Of a stretch of DNA of 55,229 nt, positions 1-10,190 are shown in pieces. Numbering within the stretch: position 1 is the stretch's first letter; each line of letters opens with the position of its first letter. Location: positions 1 through 55,229 of the forward strand of contig DATKPC010000103.1 in NCBI GenBank assembly GCA_035524275.1, written 5' to 3'. Source of the DNA: Burkholderiaceae bacterium (lineage in GTDB: Bacteria; Pseudomonadota; Gammaproteobacteria; Burkholderiales; Burkholderiaceae_F). The notes under the pieces were generated by a model. The model worked only from the letters and a program-made list of their open reading frames with translations. It was not told the DNA's origin and ran no database searches. Made by a program: the position numbers and the translations under genes.

Positions 1-333
1 CGAAAACACCACGAACACCTGCATCAGCACCGACAGCATGTTCTTCGTGCGCACCAGCCCACCGTAGAACAGCGCCAGCGCCGGCACCGACATCAGCAGC
101 ACCAGCGCCGTGGACGTCAGCATCCACGCCGTATCCCCCTTGTTCGGCTGCGGCGCCGGCGCTGCAGCCGCCGGGGCCGCGGCGGCCGCCGGCGTTGCAG
201 CCGGCGCCGCGGCGTCGGCTTTCGCGGGCGCCGATGCGGCAGCCGCCGGCGCCGCGTCTTCCGCCCAGGTCGGCGCGACGCCGCCGCCCAGCAGGGCAGT
301 GGCAAGCGCCAGCATGGCAATCAGTTTCTTCAT
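1..333 (-). CDS. amtB: Ammonium transporter AmtB, N-terminal part only. The gene runs off the window start. The predicted N-terminus is [31 protein letters not shown]…[27 protein letters not shown].
   Basis: Reverse-complement translation from ATG at 333 gives a signal peptide, an Ala/Pro-rich linker and the conserved first Amt TM helix ([12 protein letters not shown]…FYGGLVR). It lies immediately downstream of glnK in the classic glnK-amtB arrangement. A GAGG RBS sits upstream. Confidence 0.8.
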   Translation of the reverse strand, partial: MKKLIAMLALATALLGGGVAPTWAEDAAPAAAASAPAKADAAAPAATPAAAAAPAAAAPAPQPNKGDTAWMLTSTALVLLMSVPALALFYGGLVRTKNMLSVLMQVFVVFS

Positions 334-366
334 GGGTTTTTTCCTCGAGTCCCTTGTGCGTGTGTC

Positions 367-723
<357 letters not shown>

Positions 724-1530
724 TCAGAACGACTTGCCGACGGAGACCACGACCCGCGTCGCGCCGAGATTCTTGCCGGCCGCCGGGCCCGTCGTGAAGT
801 TGTAGAACGGATCGGAGCTCTTGACGCTCGTCGCGTAGACGCCACCGGTCAGCGTCCAGCCCGACAGGTCCTTTGCGACCTTGATGTTGTAGTCGGTATA
901 GGTGCCGCCGTTGGAATTCTTCACGTCCTGGTGTCCGACGTGCGGCATCAGCGAGAAGCCGCCGCCGAGGTCGAACGTGGCCGACAGGTCGAGGTAGTAG
1001 CTGTTCTTGCTGTTCGGCGAGCCGAAGAGGTTGGTCACCGCCTGCGAGTACTTCAGCGTCGCCGGGCCCCAGGTGCCGGCGACGTACAGCTCGAAGGTGT
1101 CCGGCTTCGGATCCGGCTTGAAGCCGGACAACGGGTAGTAGTACTCCAGGCCGCCGACGTCCACGCCGATGGGGCCGGCATTGAACTTGTAGCCGCCGTA
1201 GAAATCCATCTCGATCGGCGCCGACGTGCCCTGCGTGTTGCCGGCGGCCTGCACGGCATCGCTGATCCAGCTGATGCTGGAGTCCCAGTTGCCGATGTAG
1301 AAGCCGCTGGAGTGGCCGAGGTCGAAGCCGCCGGAGACGGCCGGCTTGTGGTCCGACTGCGCGATGCCGCGGTACAGGTACTCCGACGACAGCGCGAAGT
1401 TGCCGGCGAACGTCCAGTCCGGCTTCGGGGCATCCGGCTTCGCGTCGTCCGGCTTCGCGTCGTCGGCCGCGGCGATCAAGGGGCATGCGCCGAGCGTGGC
1501 GAGCAGCGCGGCTATCAGGGTCTTGCGCAT
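724..1530 (-). CDS. TorF-family putative outer-membrane porin (TIGR02001-like), 268 aa, with a signal peptide.
   Basis: Signal peptide MRKTLIAALLATLGA plus Gly/aromatic-rich beta-strand-like repeats ending in a terminal F. It sits 18 nt upstream of glnK, the commonly seen porin-glnK-amtB arrangement in Betaproteobacteria. Confidence 0.65.
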   Translation of the reverse strand: MRKTLIAALLATLGACPLIAAADDAKPDDAKPDAPKPDWTFAGNFALSSEYLYRGIAQSDHKPAVSGGFDLGHSSGFYIGNWDSSISWISDAVQAAGNTQGTSAPIEMDFYGGYKFNAGPIGVDVGGLEYYYPLSGFKPDPKPDTFELYVAGTWGPATLKYSQAVTNLFGSPNSKNSYYLDLSATFDLGGGFSLMPHVGHQDVKNSNGGTYTDYNIKVAKDLSGWTLTGGVYATSVKSSDPFYNFTTGPAAGKNLGATRVVVSVGKSF

Positions 1531-2196
1531 GGCTGATTTCCTCTCCGTAGAAAAAGCGTAAGAACTTGGCGCCGTGGAGAATCAAGGCAAGTTGCGTACC
1601 ACACCGCGATTGCCCCGAATCGGGGCGCTCGCCGCACGAAATCGATGGCAAGTGCACCGGAGATGAAAGTCATTGCACCAACTTGGAGTACGCCATCGCG
1701 GGACCGTGGGATGCGCGGTCGGAAATCTCGGATGTGCGGAGCGCCCGAGTCGCGCAGCGACGATAGGACGCCCCAAGCGCGTGCGTCGGGAAACGCCGGA
1801 GTCGCCGGGGTCTAGGGTGACTTGCCGCTGGCGGGCGACGACGCGCGGACTGGTTTCGGGCTGGCCGATGCCGCCACGTCCGCGCGATTCCAGCGGCCGC
1901 CAACGAGCCTCGGGTTGAGCGTCGCGGTGCCCGCCAAACGACGGGCCTGTGCCGTCACGCGGTCGACGATCGCCTGCGGGTCGGCCTGCTGCGCATGGAG
2001 GAGCGCGAGGTGGCTGACCGAACCCGGCTCGTGCGCCTTGCGCGCGCGTTCCAGGCTTCGTTCGGCGGCGCGCTCGGCGCCGCGTTGGATTTTTCGCTCG
2101 CCGCGGCCTAACCTCCGGCAGCGCGTTCGGCGCCGAGCTGCCCGCAAGTGGCGGCAAGCGTCATCCGGCCTGGCGCCGGCCCTAGGAGACGACACG

Positions 2197-4479
2197 ATGA
2201 CGGAAGAGACGCTGCGCGACGCCGCGCTGGAGTACCACCGGCAGCCGACCCACGGAAAGATCTCGGTCGTGCCGACGAAGCCGATGGCCACGCAACGCGA
2301 CCTGTCGCTCGCGTACTCGCCCGGCGTCGCGGAAGCGTGCCATGCGATCGTCCGCGACCCCGGCGAGGCTCATGCGCTGACGGCGCGCGGCAACCTCGTC
2401 GCGGTGGTGACGAACGGGACGGCCGTCCTCGGCCTCGGCAACATCGGCCCGCTCGCCGGCAAGCCGGTGATGGAAGGCAAGGCCTGCCTCTTCAAGAAAT
2501 TCGCGAACATCGACGTCTTCGACATCGAGATCGCGGAGAAGGACCCGGATCGCCTCGTCGACATCGTCGCCAGCCTCGAGCCGACGTTCGGCGGCATCAA
2601 CCTGGAGGACATCAAGGCCCCGGAGTGCTTCTATATCGAGCGCAAGCTGCGCGAGCGGATGAAGGTGCCGGTCTTCCACGACGACCAGCACGGCACCGCG
2701 ATCGTCGCCGCCGCGGCGGTTCTCAATGGACTGCGGCTCGTCGGCAAGGACATCGGCGCCGCATCGCTCGTCTGTTCCGGTGCCGGCGCCGCGGCGCTCG
2801 CGTGCCTCGACCTGCTCGTCAGCCTCGGACTGCGGCGCGAGAACGTGCTCGTCGTCGACAGCAAGGGCGTGCTGGTCCTCGGCCGCGAGGGGATGGACCA
2901 CAGCAAGGAGCGCTACGCGCGCGAGACGTCGAAGCGCGCCCTCGCCGACTGCCTGCCGGGCGCCGACATCTTCCTCGGCCTGTCGACGGCGCGCGCGTTG
3001 TCCGCCGAGATGGTGAAGGGCATGGCGCGGGACCCGATCATCCTCGCGATGGCCAACCCGGAGCCGGAGATCATGCCGGACCTGGCGCGGGCGGCGCGGC
3101 CGGACGCGATCATCGGTACCGGGCGCTCCGACTATCCGAACCAGGTCAACAACGTGCTGTGCTTCCCGTTCATCTTCCGCGGCGCGCTGGACGTCGGCGC
3201 GACGACGATCAACGAGGAGATGAAGCTGGCGGTCGTGAGGGCGCTGGCCGACCTGGCGCACGCCGAGATTCCCGACGAGGTCGCGACCGCCTATCACGCC
3301 GAAGGCTTGCGCTTCGGGCCGGAATACCTGATCCCGAAGCCGTTCGATCCGCGCTTGATCGACCGGATCGCGCCTGCGGTGGCGCGCGCGGCGATGGACA
3401 GCGGCGTCGCGACGCGCCCCATCGCCGACTTCGAGGCGTACCGCGCGCAGCTGCGCCGCTTCATCTACCAGTCCGGCAGCACGATGGAGCCGGTGTTCCA
3501 TCACGCGAAGCGGACACTGAAGCGCGTCATCTATGCGGAGGGCGAGGAGGAGCGCGTGCTGCGCGCCGCCCAGGTCGTGATCGACGAGCGGCTGGCGCGT
3601 CCGATCCTTGTCGGGCGCCGCGACGTCGTCCAGGCGCGCATCGAGCGCTATGGGCTGCGGATGCGCCTCGATCGCGACTGCGAATGCGTCAACGTCGACG
3701 ACGACCCGCGCTACCGCGAGACCTGGAGCGAGTACTACGCCCTGTGCAAGCGCAAGGGCGTGTCGCGCGCACTGGCGCAGACCGAGACCCGGACGCGCTC
3801 GACGCTGATCGGCGCGATGCTGGTCCACCGCGGCGACGCCGATGCGATGCTGTGCGGCACGGTCGGCGTGTTCGGCGACCACCTGAAGTACGTGCGCAAC
3901 GTGATCGGGCTGCGTCCCGGCGCCTCGACGCTGGCGACGATGCAGATGCTGATCCTGCCGCAGCGCCAGCTCTTCATCTGCGACACGCACGTCAACGTCG
4001 ACCCCGGCGCGGCGCAGGTCGCGGAAATGACGATGCTCGCCGCCGAGGCGGTGCGCCGCTTCGGCCTGCAGCCGAGCGTCGCGCTCGTCTCGCATTCGAA
4101 TTTCGGCAGTTCGGAGGCGCCGTCGGCGCAGAAGATGCGCGATGCGCTCGAACTCGTCCGCGCGCGGCGGCCGGATTTCGCGGTCGACGGCGAGATGCAG
4201 GCCGACGCCGCGCTGTCGCGCACGGTGATGTCGGAAGTCCTCGCCGACTCGGCGCTGACGAGCGAGGCGAACCTGCTGATCATGCCGAACGTCGACGCGG
4301 CGAACATCACCTACAACGTGCTGCGGGTCACCGCCGGCGGCGGGATCACCGTCGGCGGCATCCTGCTTGGCGCGCGCCGCCCGGTGCATATCCTGACGCC
4401 GGCGGCCACGGTGCGCCGCATCGTCAACATGTCGGCCGTCGCGGCCGTGGAAGCCGCGGCGCTCGGCGACCGGAATTAG
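2197..4479 (+). CDS. maeB: NADP-dependent malic enzyme, 760 aa (malic enzyme domain plus C-terminal phosphate-acetyltransferase-like domain).
   Basis: Starts [24 protein letters not shown]. Carries typical MaeB N-terminal malic-enzyme motifs and a PTA-like C-terminal half. An AGGAGA RBS lies 8 nt upstream. The track ORF is longer (from 1822), but homology begins at this ATG. Confidence 0.9.
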   Translation: MTEETLRDAALEYHRQPTHGKISVVPTKPMATQRDLSLAYSPGVAEACHAIVRDPGEAHALTARGNLVAVVTNGTAVLGLGNIGPLAGKPVMEGKACLFKKFANIDVFDIEIAEKDPDRLVDIVASLEPTFGGINLEDIKAPECFYIERKLRERMKVPVFHDDQHGTAIVAAAAVLNGLRLVGKDIGAASLVCSGAGAAALACLDLLVSLGLRRENVLVVDSKGVLVLGREGMDHSKERYARETSKRALADCLPGADIFLGLSTARALSAEMVKGMARDPIILAMANPEPEIMPDLARAARPDAIIGTGRSDYPNQVNNVLCFPFIFRGALDVGATTINEEMKLAVVRALADLAHAEIPDEVATAYHAEGLRFGPEYLIPKPFDPRLIDRIAPAVARAAMDSGVATRPIADFEAYRAQLRRFIYQSGSTMEPVFHHAKRTLKRVIYAEGEEERVLRAAQVVIDERLARPILVGRRDVVQARIERYGLRMRLDRDCECVNVDDDPRYRETWSEYYALCKRKGVSRALAQTETRTRSTLIGAMLVHRGDADAMLCGTVGVFGDHLKYVRNVIGLRPGASTLATMQMLILPQRQLFICDTHVNVDPGAAQVAEMTMLAAEAVRRFGLQPSVALVSHSNFGSSEAPSAQKMRDALELVRARRPDFAVDGEMQADAALSRTVMSEVLADSALTSEANLLIMPNVDAANITYNVLRVTAGGGITVGGILLGARRPVHILTPAATVRRIVNMSAVAAVEAAALGDRN

Positions 4480-4551
4480 GCGGCGGGGCGAGGGGGAGGG
4501 AGCGGGCCGAGGCGTCGAGACCCGGATCGCCACCCGGCCGCTCCGCCCTCC

Positions 4552-7140
4552 TCACGCGCCCGTGCCGTCCTGCGTCCAGGCCGGATGCGCTCCCGGCAGC
4601 GTCCACACCAGGAAGTGCAGCATCGACAGCGCGACCGGATCGTTCAACAGCGCGGCCTGTTGCGCAGGCTTCAACGCGGCGGGCCCGGCGCACGCGGCAT
4701 CGACGACGAGTTCGCGCCGCCGATCGGCATAGGCCCGTCCCTGGCGCACGCGGACGATCGCGGCCGCGCAGGCGACCGCATTGGCCAGCGGATCCGCGAC
4801 GGCCGCGACGAATCCGGGCGGCGGCGGCGTGCGCGCCGTCGCGGCGTACGTGTCGGCGAGTTCGCGCGGCGGGTGGGATTCTTCCGGGATCACGAAGACG
4901 CCCGCGGAGCGCGCGCGCGCGCCGAGCGTCACGCGGCTCGTCCAGACGTCGACCGCGATCGAGACCATCATCGAGCCGGCCACCGGCAGCAGCCACCACA
5001 GGAACGACGGATTGAGCCAGTAGACGAGCGACGCCCAGCCGAGGCCGAGCAGCGAATGCAGCCCGTGGTGGTGCAGCGAATCGCGCCAGCGCGTCTCGGT
5101 GTCCTCGCGCGGCGGCGACTTCCATTGGATCGACCACCCGAGCAGCGCCGCGACGACGAATCGCGTGTGGAAGAGCATCCGGATCGGCGCCAGCAGCGCG
5201 GAGAAGACGGACTCCACGGCGGCGCTCGCGGCGAGCCGCAGGCGGCCGCCGAACTGCGGCGCGATGCGGCGATCGAAGGCGAGCAGCGCGACGCTGAGCA
5301 CCTTCGGCAGGAACAGCAGCAGCGCGGTCGTCCCGAACAGCGCGACGGCCCATTCCGGATGCCATTCGGGCCACATCGGGAAGAGCTGGTTCGGCTGCGT
5401 GAAGTAGCGCGGCGGCACCAGCGTGTGCTGCGCCAGCAGCACGGTCGAGAGGATCAGGAACGCGAACCATAATGGCGCCGAGACGTAGGCGAGCAGCCCC
5501 GTCACGAACACGGCGCGATGCGCCGGATGCAGGCCGCGCGCGCGCAGCAGCCGGAAATTCATCAGGTTGCCCTGGCACCAGCGCCGGTCGCGCTTGAGCT
5601 CGTCGGTGAGGTTCGGCGGCATCTCCTCGAAGCTCCCCGGCAGGTCGTAGGCGATCCACACCGCCCAACCGGCGCGCCGCATCAGCGCGGCCTCGACGAA
5701 GTCGTGCGACAGGATCTCGCCCGACAGCGCGCCGTCGCCCGGCAGGCGCCCGAGCGCGCAATGCTGCGTGAACGGCGCGACCCGGATGATCGCGTTGTGT
5801 CCCCAGTAGTGCGACTCGCCGAGTTGCCAGGCGTGCAGCCCGGCCGTGAAGATCGGTCCGTAGACCCGCGTGGCGAACTGCTGGATCCGCGCGAACAGCG
5901 TCCCGCGGCCCGCGGCGCGCGGCGCAGTCTGGATGATCCCGGCGTCCGGATGCGCCTCCATCAGCTGCACGAGATGCGCCAGGCAGTCGCCGCTCATCAC
6001 GCTGTCGGCGTCCAGCACGACCATGTAGCGGTAGGCCGCGCCCCAGCGCCGGCAGAAGTCCGCGACGTTGCCGCTCTTGCGCTTGATGCGCAGCTGTCGG
6101 CGCCGGTAGAACAGGCGTCCGAGGCCCCCGATGTCGCGGCACAGCTTCAGCCACCCGTCGACCTCGGCGACGCGGATGTCGGGGTCCGACGTGTCGCTGA
6201 GGATGAAGAAGTCGAAGTGCGCAAGCTGTCCGCAGCGCTCGAGCGATTCGTAGGTCGCCCGCAGGCCGGCATAGACGCGCGGCACGAACTCGTTGCAGAT
6301 CGGCATGATCACCGCGGTTCGCGCCGCCGGGTCGATCGGCGGCAGGTCGGCGAGGTCGCGCGTGATCGCGTAGCGGTCGTCGAAGAGCGTCAGCAGCGCG
6401 AAGCCCATCAGCGCGGTCCAGAATCCCGCCGAGATCCACGCGAACAGCAGCGCGAACAGCGCCAGCAGCGCGATCTCCAGCCACTCGGACCCGTGGTAGG
6501 GCAGCACCGCCGCCATGAAGTTCGTCGCGATCCACGTCTGCGCGATGATCAGCGCGACGAGGACCGCGCGGCGCACGCTGCCGGCGAGGTGCCAGCGGCT
6601 CCGCGGCAGCGCGGGCGGCGCGCCCGGGTCGGCGGCGCGCATCGCGGCAAAAGGCGCGGCCGGCGTCCCGGCCTGCGCCGCGCGCCTTGCGGCGCGGCGC
6701 GTCGCGATCCAGTCGACGAGCGGAACGCGCGGCAGCCCCGGGAACGGCCAGTGGCGCGGGGCCATCGACGTGCGCCGGATCGCCGGGGCGGTCGCCAGCC
6801 GCCAGTTGCCGAGCTTGTCGCGCGCCCGGGCGTCGTCCAGCCCCTGGCACGCGAGTTCGAGGCGCGCGCCGAGCGAGGCGTGCGCCGCGTCGTCGCCGTG
6901 CGCGGTTCCGTCGTCGTCGCCGCGCGCGGTTCCGTCGTCGCCGGCGAGCAGCCGGTGCAGCGTCGCCATCTGCGCGGCGGCGCCGGCGGCTTCGCGCGCC
7001 TGCGCGAGAAGCCGCGCGCGCCGCTCCGCCGCCAGCGGCAGGCGCTGCACGTAGGCTTCGAGGTCGACGCGCCGGCCATCGTGCCCGGCCTGGGCGGCGG
7101 CGCCTTCCTGCGCCTTCACGCGATCCACGATGCACGCCAC
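4552..7140 (-). CDS. opgH: Glucans biosynthesis glucosyltransferase H (OpgH/MdoH), 862 aa.
   Basis: GT2 core (DADS…, QGN…RW-type motifs: VVLDADSVM, RWCQGNLMN) flanked by multiple TM helices. The N-terminal cytoplasmic region is alignable to E. coli OpgH. It is immediately downstream of opgG. Confidence 0.9.
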   Translation of the reverse strand: MACIVDRVKAQEGAAAQAGHDGRRVDLEAYVQRLPLAAERRARLLAQAREAAGAAAQMATLHRLLAGDDGTARGDDDGTAHGDDAAHASLGARLELACQGLDDARARDKLGNWRLATAPAIRRTSMAPRHWPFPGLPRVPLVDWIATRRAARRAAQAGTPAAPFAAMRAADPGAPPALPRSRWHLAGSVRRAVLVALIIAQTWIATNFMAAVLPYHGSEWLEIALLALFALLFAWISAGFWTALMGFALLTLFDDRYAITRDLADLPPIDPAARTAVIMPICNEFVPRVYAGLRATYESLERCGQLAHFDFFILSDTSDPDIRVAEVDGWLKLCRDIGGLGRLFYRRRQLRIKRKSGNVADFCRRWGAAYRYMVVLDADSVMSGDCLAHLVQLMEAHPDAGIIQTAPRAAGRGTLFARIQQFATRVYGPIFTAGLHAWQLGESHYWGHNAIIRVAPFTQHCALGRLPGDGALSGEILSHDFVEAALMRRAGWAVWIAYDLPGSFEEMPPNLTDELKRDRRWCQGNLMNFRLLRARGLHPAHRAVFVTGLLAYVSAPLWFAFLILSTVLLAQHTLVPPRYFTQPNQLFPMWPEWHPEWAVALFGTTALLLFLPKVLSVALLAFDRRIAPQFGGRLRLAASAAVESVFSALLAPIRMLFHTRFVVAALLGWSIQWKSPPREDTETRWRDSLHHHGLHSLLGLGWASLVYWLNPSFLWWLLPVAGSMMVSIAVDVWTSRVTLGARARSAGVFVIPEESHPPRELADTYAATARTPPPPGFVAAVADPLANAVACAAAIVRVRQGRAYADRRRELVVDAACAGPAALKPAQQAALLNDPVALSMLHFLVWTLPGAHPAWTQDGTGA

Positions 7141-7174
7141 CTCGTGCGTGGCGACGGCGACGCGATGCGCCGCG

Positions 7175-8716
7175 TCAGTCCGGCGGCAGGATATAGCTCC
7201 ATGTCTCCGAGATCGTATCGATGCCGCTGCGCAGGAACGCGCGCAGTTCCACCGGTTTCTGTTCGTCGGCGCGCCGCACGCGCAACGTCATCCGCACGCC
7301 CCCGGTGACGCCATTGCGCTCGACGCGGCTTTCGATTATCTCGCCGTTCGCGTCGGCCCAGGTGCTGGGGTTCAGCGCGGCCTCGTCGACCTGCTTCAGC
7401 GCCGGTCCCTCGAAATCGATCGTGAACACGGTGCTCGGCCGCTCCTTGGCCGCTGCCGGCTGCTCGTCGGCCAGCGTGTGCCCGAAGCCGCGCCGGCTCT
7501 GCATGACCCACGATGACGGCGGATGACGCTCGGCCGCCTTCTGCCACAGCAGCCGGTACTCGAACTCGTAGGGTTCGCGCGGATGCGGCGGCGTGTCCGG
7601 CATCCAGTACGCGACGACGTTGTCGTTGGTTTCGTCGGGCGACGGGATCTGGACCAGTTCGACGCGACCGCTGCCCCAGGCGCCCTTCGGCTCGACCCAC
7701 ACCGAAGGCCGCAGGTCGTAGCGCGCGTCGAGCTCCTCGTAGCTCGAAAAACGGCGGTCGCGCTGCATCAGTCCGAAGCCGAGCGGGTTGGTCTGCGCGA
7801 ACGAGGTCACCAGCAGGCGCTTGGGGTTCACGAGCGGCCGCCAGATCCATTCGCCGGTCCCGGCCTGGATCGACAGGCCCTGCGAGTCGTGGACCTCGGG
7901 GCGGTAGTCCTCGCGGACGGAACGCTGGTTGGTGCCGAAATAGAACATGCTCGTGAGCGGAGCCAGCCCGAGCTTGGTGACGTTTTCGCGCAGGAAGATG
8001 CGGGCGCGGATCTCCATGACGAGATCGTCCCCGGGCTTCAGCACGAAGCGGTAGGCGCCGGCCGCGCGCGGCGAATCGAGCAGCGCGTAGATGACGAGTT
8101 CCTTCGCCCCCGGCGCCGGACGCTCGATCCAGAACTCGTTGAAGCGCGGGAATTCCTCGCCGGAGATGAGCGCGGTGTCGATCGCGAGTCCGCGCGCGGA
8201 GGCGCCGTAGACCTGGCCCTTGCCGAGCGCACGGAAATAGCTGGCGCCCAGGAACGCGACGATCTCGTCCTTGTACGTCGGCTTGTTGATCGGGTAGTGG
8301 ACGCGGAAGCCCGCGTAGCCGAGGTCGTGCCACTGCGACGGATCGAGCTGGCGGTTCGAGCCGTAGCTGAAGGCGGTCGGATCGAAGCGGATCGGCTTCA
8401 CCGTGTCGGCGTTGACCTCGTTGATCTTCACCGGATCCGCGAAATAGCGCCCGGGATGGAAGAACTCCAGCTCGAACGGCAGCCCGCCGCCGCGCCACCA
8501 CGCGCGCTCCGGCTTGTAGCGGATCTCGCGGTACTGCTCGTAGGCGAGATCGCGCAGCGCGTCAGGCAGCTTCGCCTCCGGCTTCCGGTACGGCTGGTTC
8601 GACAGCGCGCGCGCGCGTTCGACGACCTGGTCGAAGCCGAACGCCGATGCGACGACCGGGACGGCGACGAGCGTGGCAATCAGCGGGGCGAGGAGCGCAG
8701 CCGTGGGGAGTCGCAT
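7175..8716 (-). CDS. opgG: Glucans biosynthesis protein G (OpgG/MdoG), periplasmic, ~513 aa from MRLPTAALLAPLIATLVAVPVVASA.
   Basis: Signal peptide followed by the conserved MdoG family sequence. The opgGH operon order is conserved. The track ORF extends 38 codons further upstream, but the signal peptide begins at this Met. Confidence 0.88.
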   Translation of the reverse strand: MRLPTAALLAPLIATLVAVPVVASAFGFDQVVERARALSNQPYRKPEAKLPDALRDLAYEQYREIRYKPERAWWRGGGLPFELEFFHPGRYFADPVKINEVNADTVKPIRFDPTAFSYGSNRQLDPSQWHDLGYAGFRVHYPINKPTYKDEIVAFLGASYFRALGKGQVYGASARGLAIDTALISGEEFPRFNEFWIERPAPGAKELVIYALLDSPRAAGAYRFVLKPGDDLVMEIRARIFLRENVTKLGLAPLTSMFYFGTNQRSVREDYRPEVHDSQGLSIQAGTGEWIWRPLVNPKRLLVTSFAQTNPLGFGLMQRDRRFSSYEELDARYDLRPSVWVEPKGAWGSGRVELVQIPSPDETNDNVVAYWMPDTPPHPREPYEFEYRLLWQKAAERHPPSSWVMQSRRGFGHTLADEQPAAAKERPSTVFTIDFEGPALKQVDEAALNPSTWADANGEIIESRVERNGVTGGVRMTLRVRRADEQKPVELRAFLRSGIDTISETWSYILPPD

Positions 8717-8921
8717 CGGGAAGGGAGTGTCGTTTGAACGCGGAGCCTGCCGCTGCCGCGCGGCAGATGCAGCGGGCCGAGGATTGTAGGTCCTCGCCCG
8801 ACCGATTGCTGCAACGCGATCGATTCGCATCGTCGTAGCGCCTATGCGTTAAGCCATCCGGCCGGCCCTCGGCCTCGAGGCCGCATTCCCGCCGGAGCGA
8901 CTACCGCGTTCGACCCATCCG

Positions 8922-10190
8922 GTGCGTCGCTGGCCGGGGTTCGACGCGGGGGAACGGGCTAACCTGCGGCGCGTGCAACTCGATTTCCTGCCGTCGTGGC
9001 CCCCGGTCTGGCCGAGCATGGTCGCCCTCGGCGTCCTGGCCTTCCTTTCGCTTGCGCTCGGCGAATTCGCGGCGCGCGTGCTGCGCCTGCCGCGGATGCT
9101 GGGCTACCTGGCGGCCGGCGCGCTGTTCGGGGCCGGCGGGCAGGTGCTCGACGGCCTGCAGATCGAAGGCCCGCCGCGGCGCACGCTCGACCTGGCGCTG
9201 GATTTCGCGACCGCCTTCGTGCTGTTCGACCTCGGCCATCGGGTCTCGTTCGGCTGGCTTCGGCGCAATCCGGCGCTGATCGCCTCGAGCCTCGCGGAGT
9301 CGACGGCGACGTTCCTGCTGGGCTTCGCGTCGCTGCGGTGGTGCGGGCTCGCGACGCTGCCGGCCGCGCTGCTGGGGGCCGTCTCGATCGCGACCTCGCC
9401 CGCGATCGTCCTGTCGATCACGCGCGAGCTGCGGACGCAGGGCCAGGTGACCGAGCGCACGCTGCTCCTCACCGCGCTCAACTGCATCTACGCGATCGTC
9501 GTCTCGACGCTGATGCTGGCGTGGGCCCACTTGCAGTACCGCGGGACGCTCGGCGCCTACGTGCTGCAGCCGCTGTATCTCGTCATCGGGTCGGCCGTGC
9601 TCGCGGCGGTCGCGGCGCGCATCCTCGTCGCGGTACTGGCCACGGCGGTCGAGCGCGATCGCGGCGCGCAGATCATGACGATGCTGGCGCTCGTCGCGAT
9701 CGTCTTCGGCGTCGCGCAGGCGCTGCGGCTGTCGCATCTGCTCACGCTCCTGGCGTGCGGCGCGTTCGTCCACATGTTCGACCGGCGGCGCCGGCTCGCC
9801 GGGACGGAATTCGGGGTGATGTCGTCGTTCGTTCTCGTGCTGTTCTTCGCGTTGTCGGCGGCCACCGCCGACTTCGACGCGACCACGCTCGCCTGGGGGC
9901 CGGCGCTCGTCCTGGTCGCCGTGCGGATCGCCTGCAAGGTCGGTGGCGTCGCCGCGTTCGCCCGCCTGAGCGGCGTGCGGACGCGACAAGGGATCTGGAA
10001 CGGCGTCGCGCTGGCGCCGATGTCGACGTTGGCGCTGCTGCTGGCGCGCCAGGTCGGCCTGGCCGACGCCAAGCTGGGCGCGCAGATGCAGTCGGTCCTC
10101 GTCGTCGCCGTCGTCGTGCTGCAGGTCGGCGGCGCGCTGGCGCTCACCCGCGCGTTGCGGGCCACCGGGGAGGCCCGCGGCACGCCATGA
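8922..10190 (+). CDS. Cation:proton antiporter (CPA1/CPA2, Na+/H+ exchanger family) membrane protein, ~390-422 aa.
   Basis: About 11-12 predicted TM helices, with an MLGYLAAGALFG-type N-terminal helix typical of Na+/H+ exchanger family proteins. The alternative start is Met at 9018. The stop overlaps the ybdK start (ATGA). Confidence 0.7.
   Translation: MRRWPGFDAGERANLRRVQLDFLPSWPPVWPSMVALGVLAFLSLALGEFAARVLRLPRMLGYLAAGALFGAGGQVLDGLQIEGPPRRTLDLALDFATAFVLFDLGHRVSFGWLRRNPALIASSLAESTATFLLGFASLRWCGLATLPAALLGAVSIATSPAIVLSITRELRTQGQVTERTLLLTALNCIYAIVVSTLMLAWAHLQYRGTLGAYVLQPLYLVIGSAVLAAVAARILVAVLATAVERDRGAQIMTMLALVAIVFGVAQALRLSHLLTLLACGAFVHMFDRRRRLAGTEFGVMSSFVLVLFFALSAATADFDATTLAWGPALVLVAVRIACKVGGVAAFARLSGVRTRQGIWNGVALAPMSTLALLLARQVGLADAKLGAQMQSVLVVAVVVLQVGGALALTRALRATGEARGTP

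Noticed and set aside
4424-7135. 903-aa minus-strand ORF (and a 596-aa plus-strand ORF at 5518..7308) co-located with opgH.
   Set aside because: Alternative-frame or antisense shadow of opgH with an Arg/Pro/Ala-dominated translation. opgH itself has unambiguous GT2 homology in its own frame.
8830-8925. Possible tRNA or T-arm-like GGTTCGA motif in the opgG upstream intergenic region.
   Set aside because: No cloverleaf can be drawn. No matching acceptor or anticodon stems, and the T-loop stem is not complementary.
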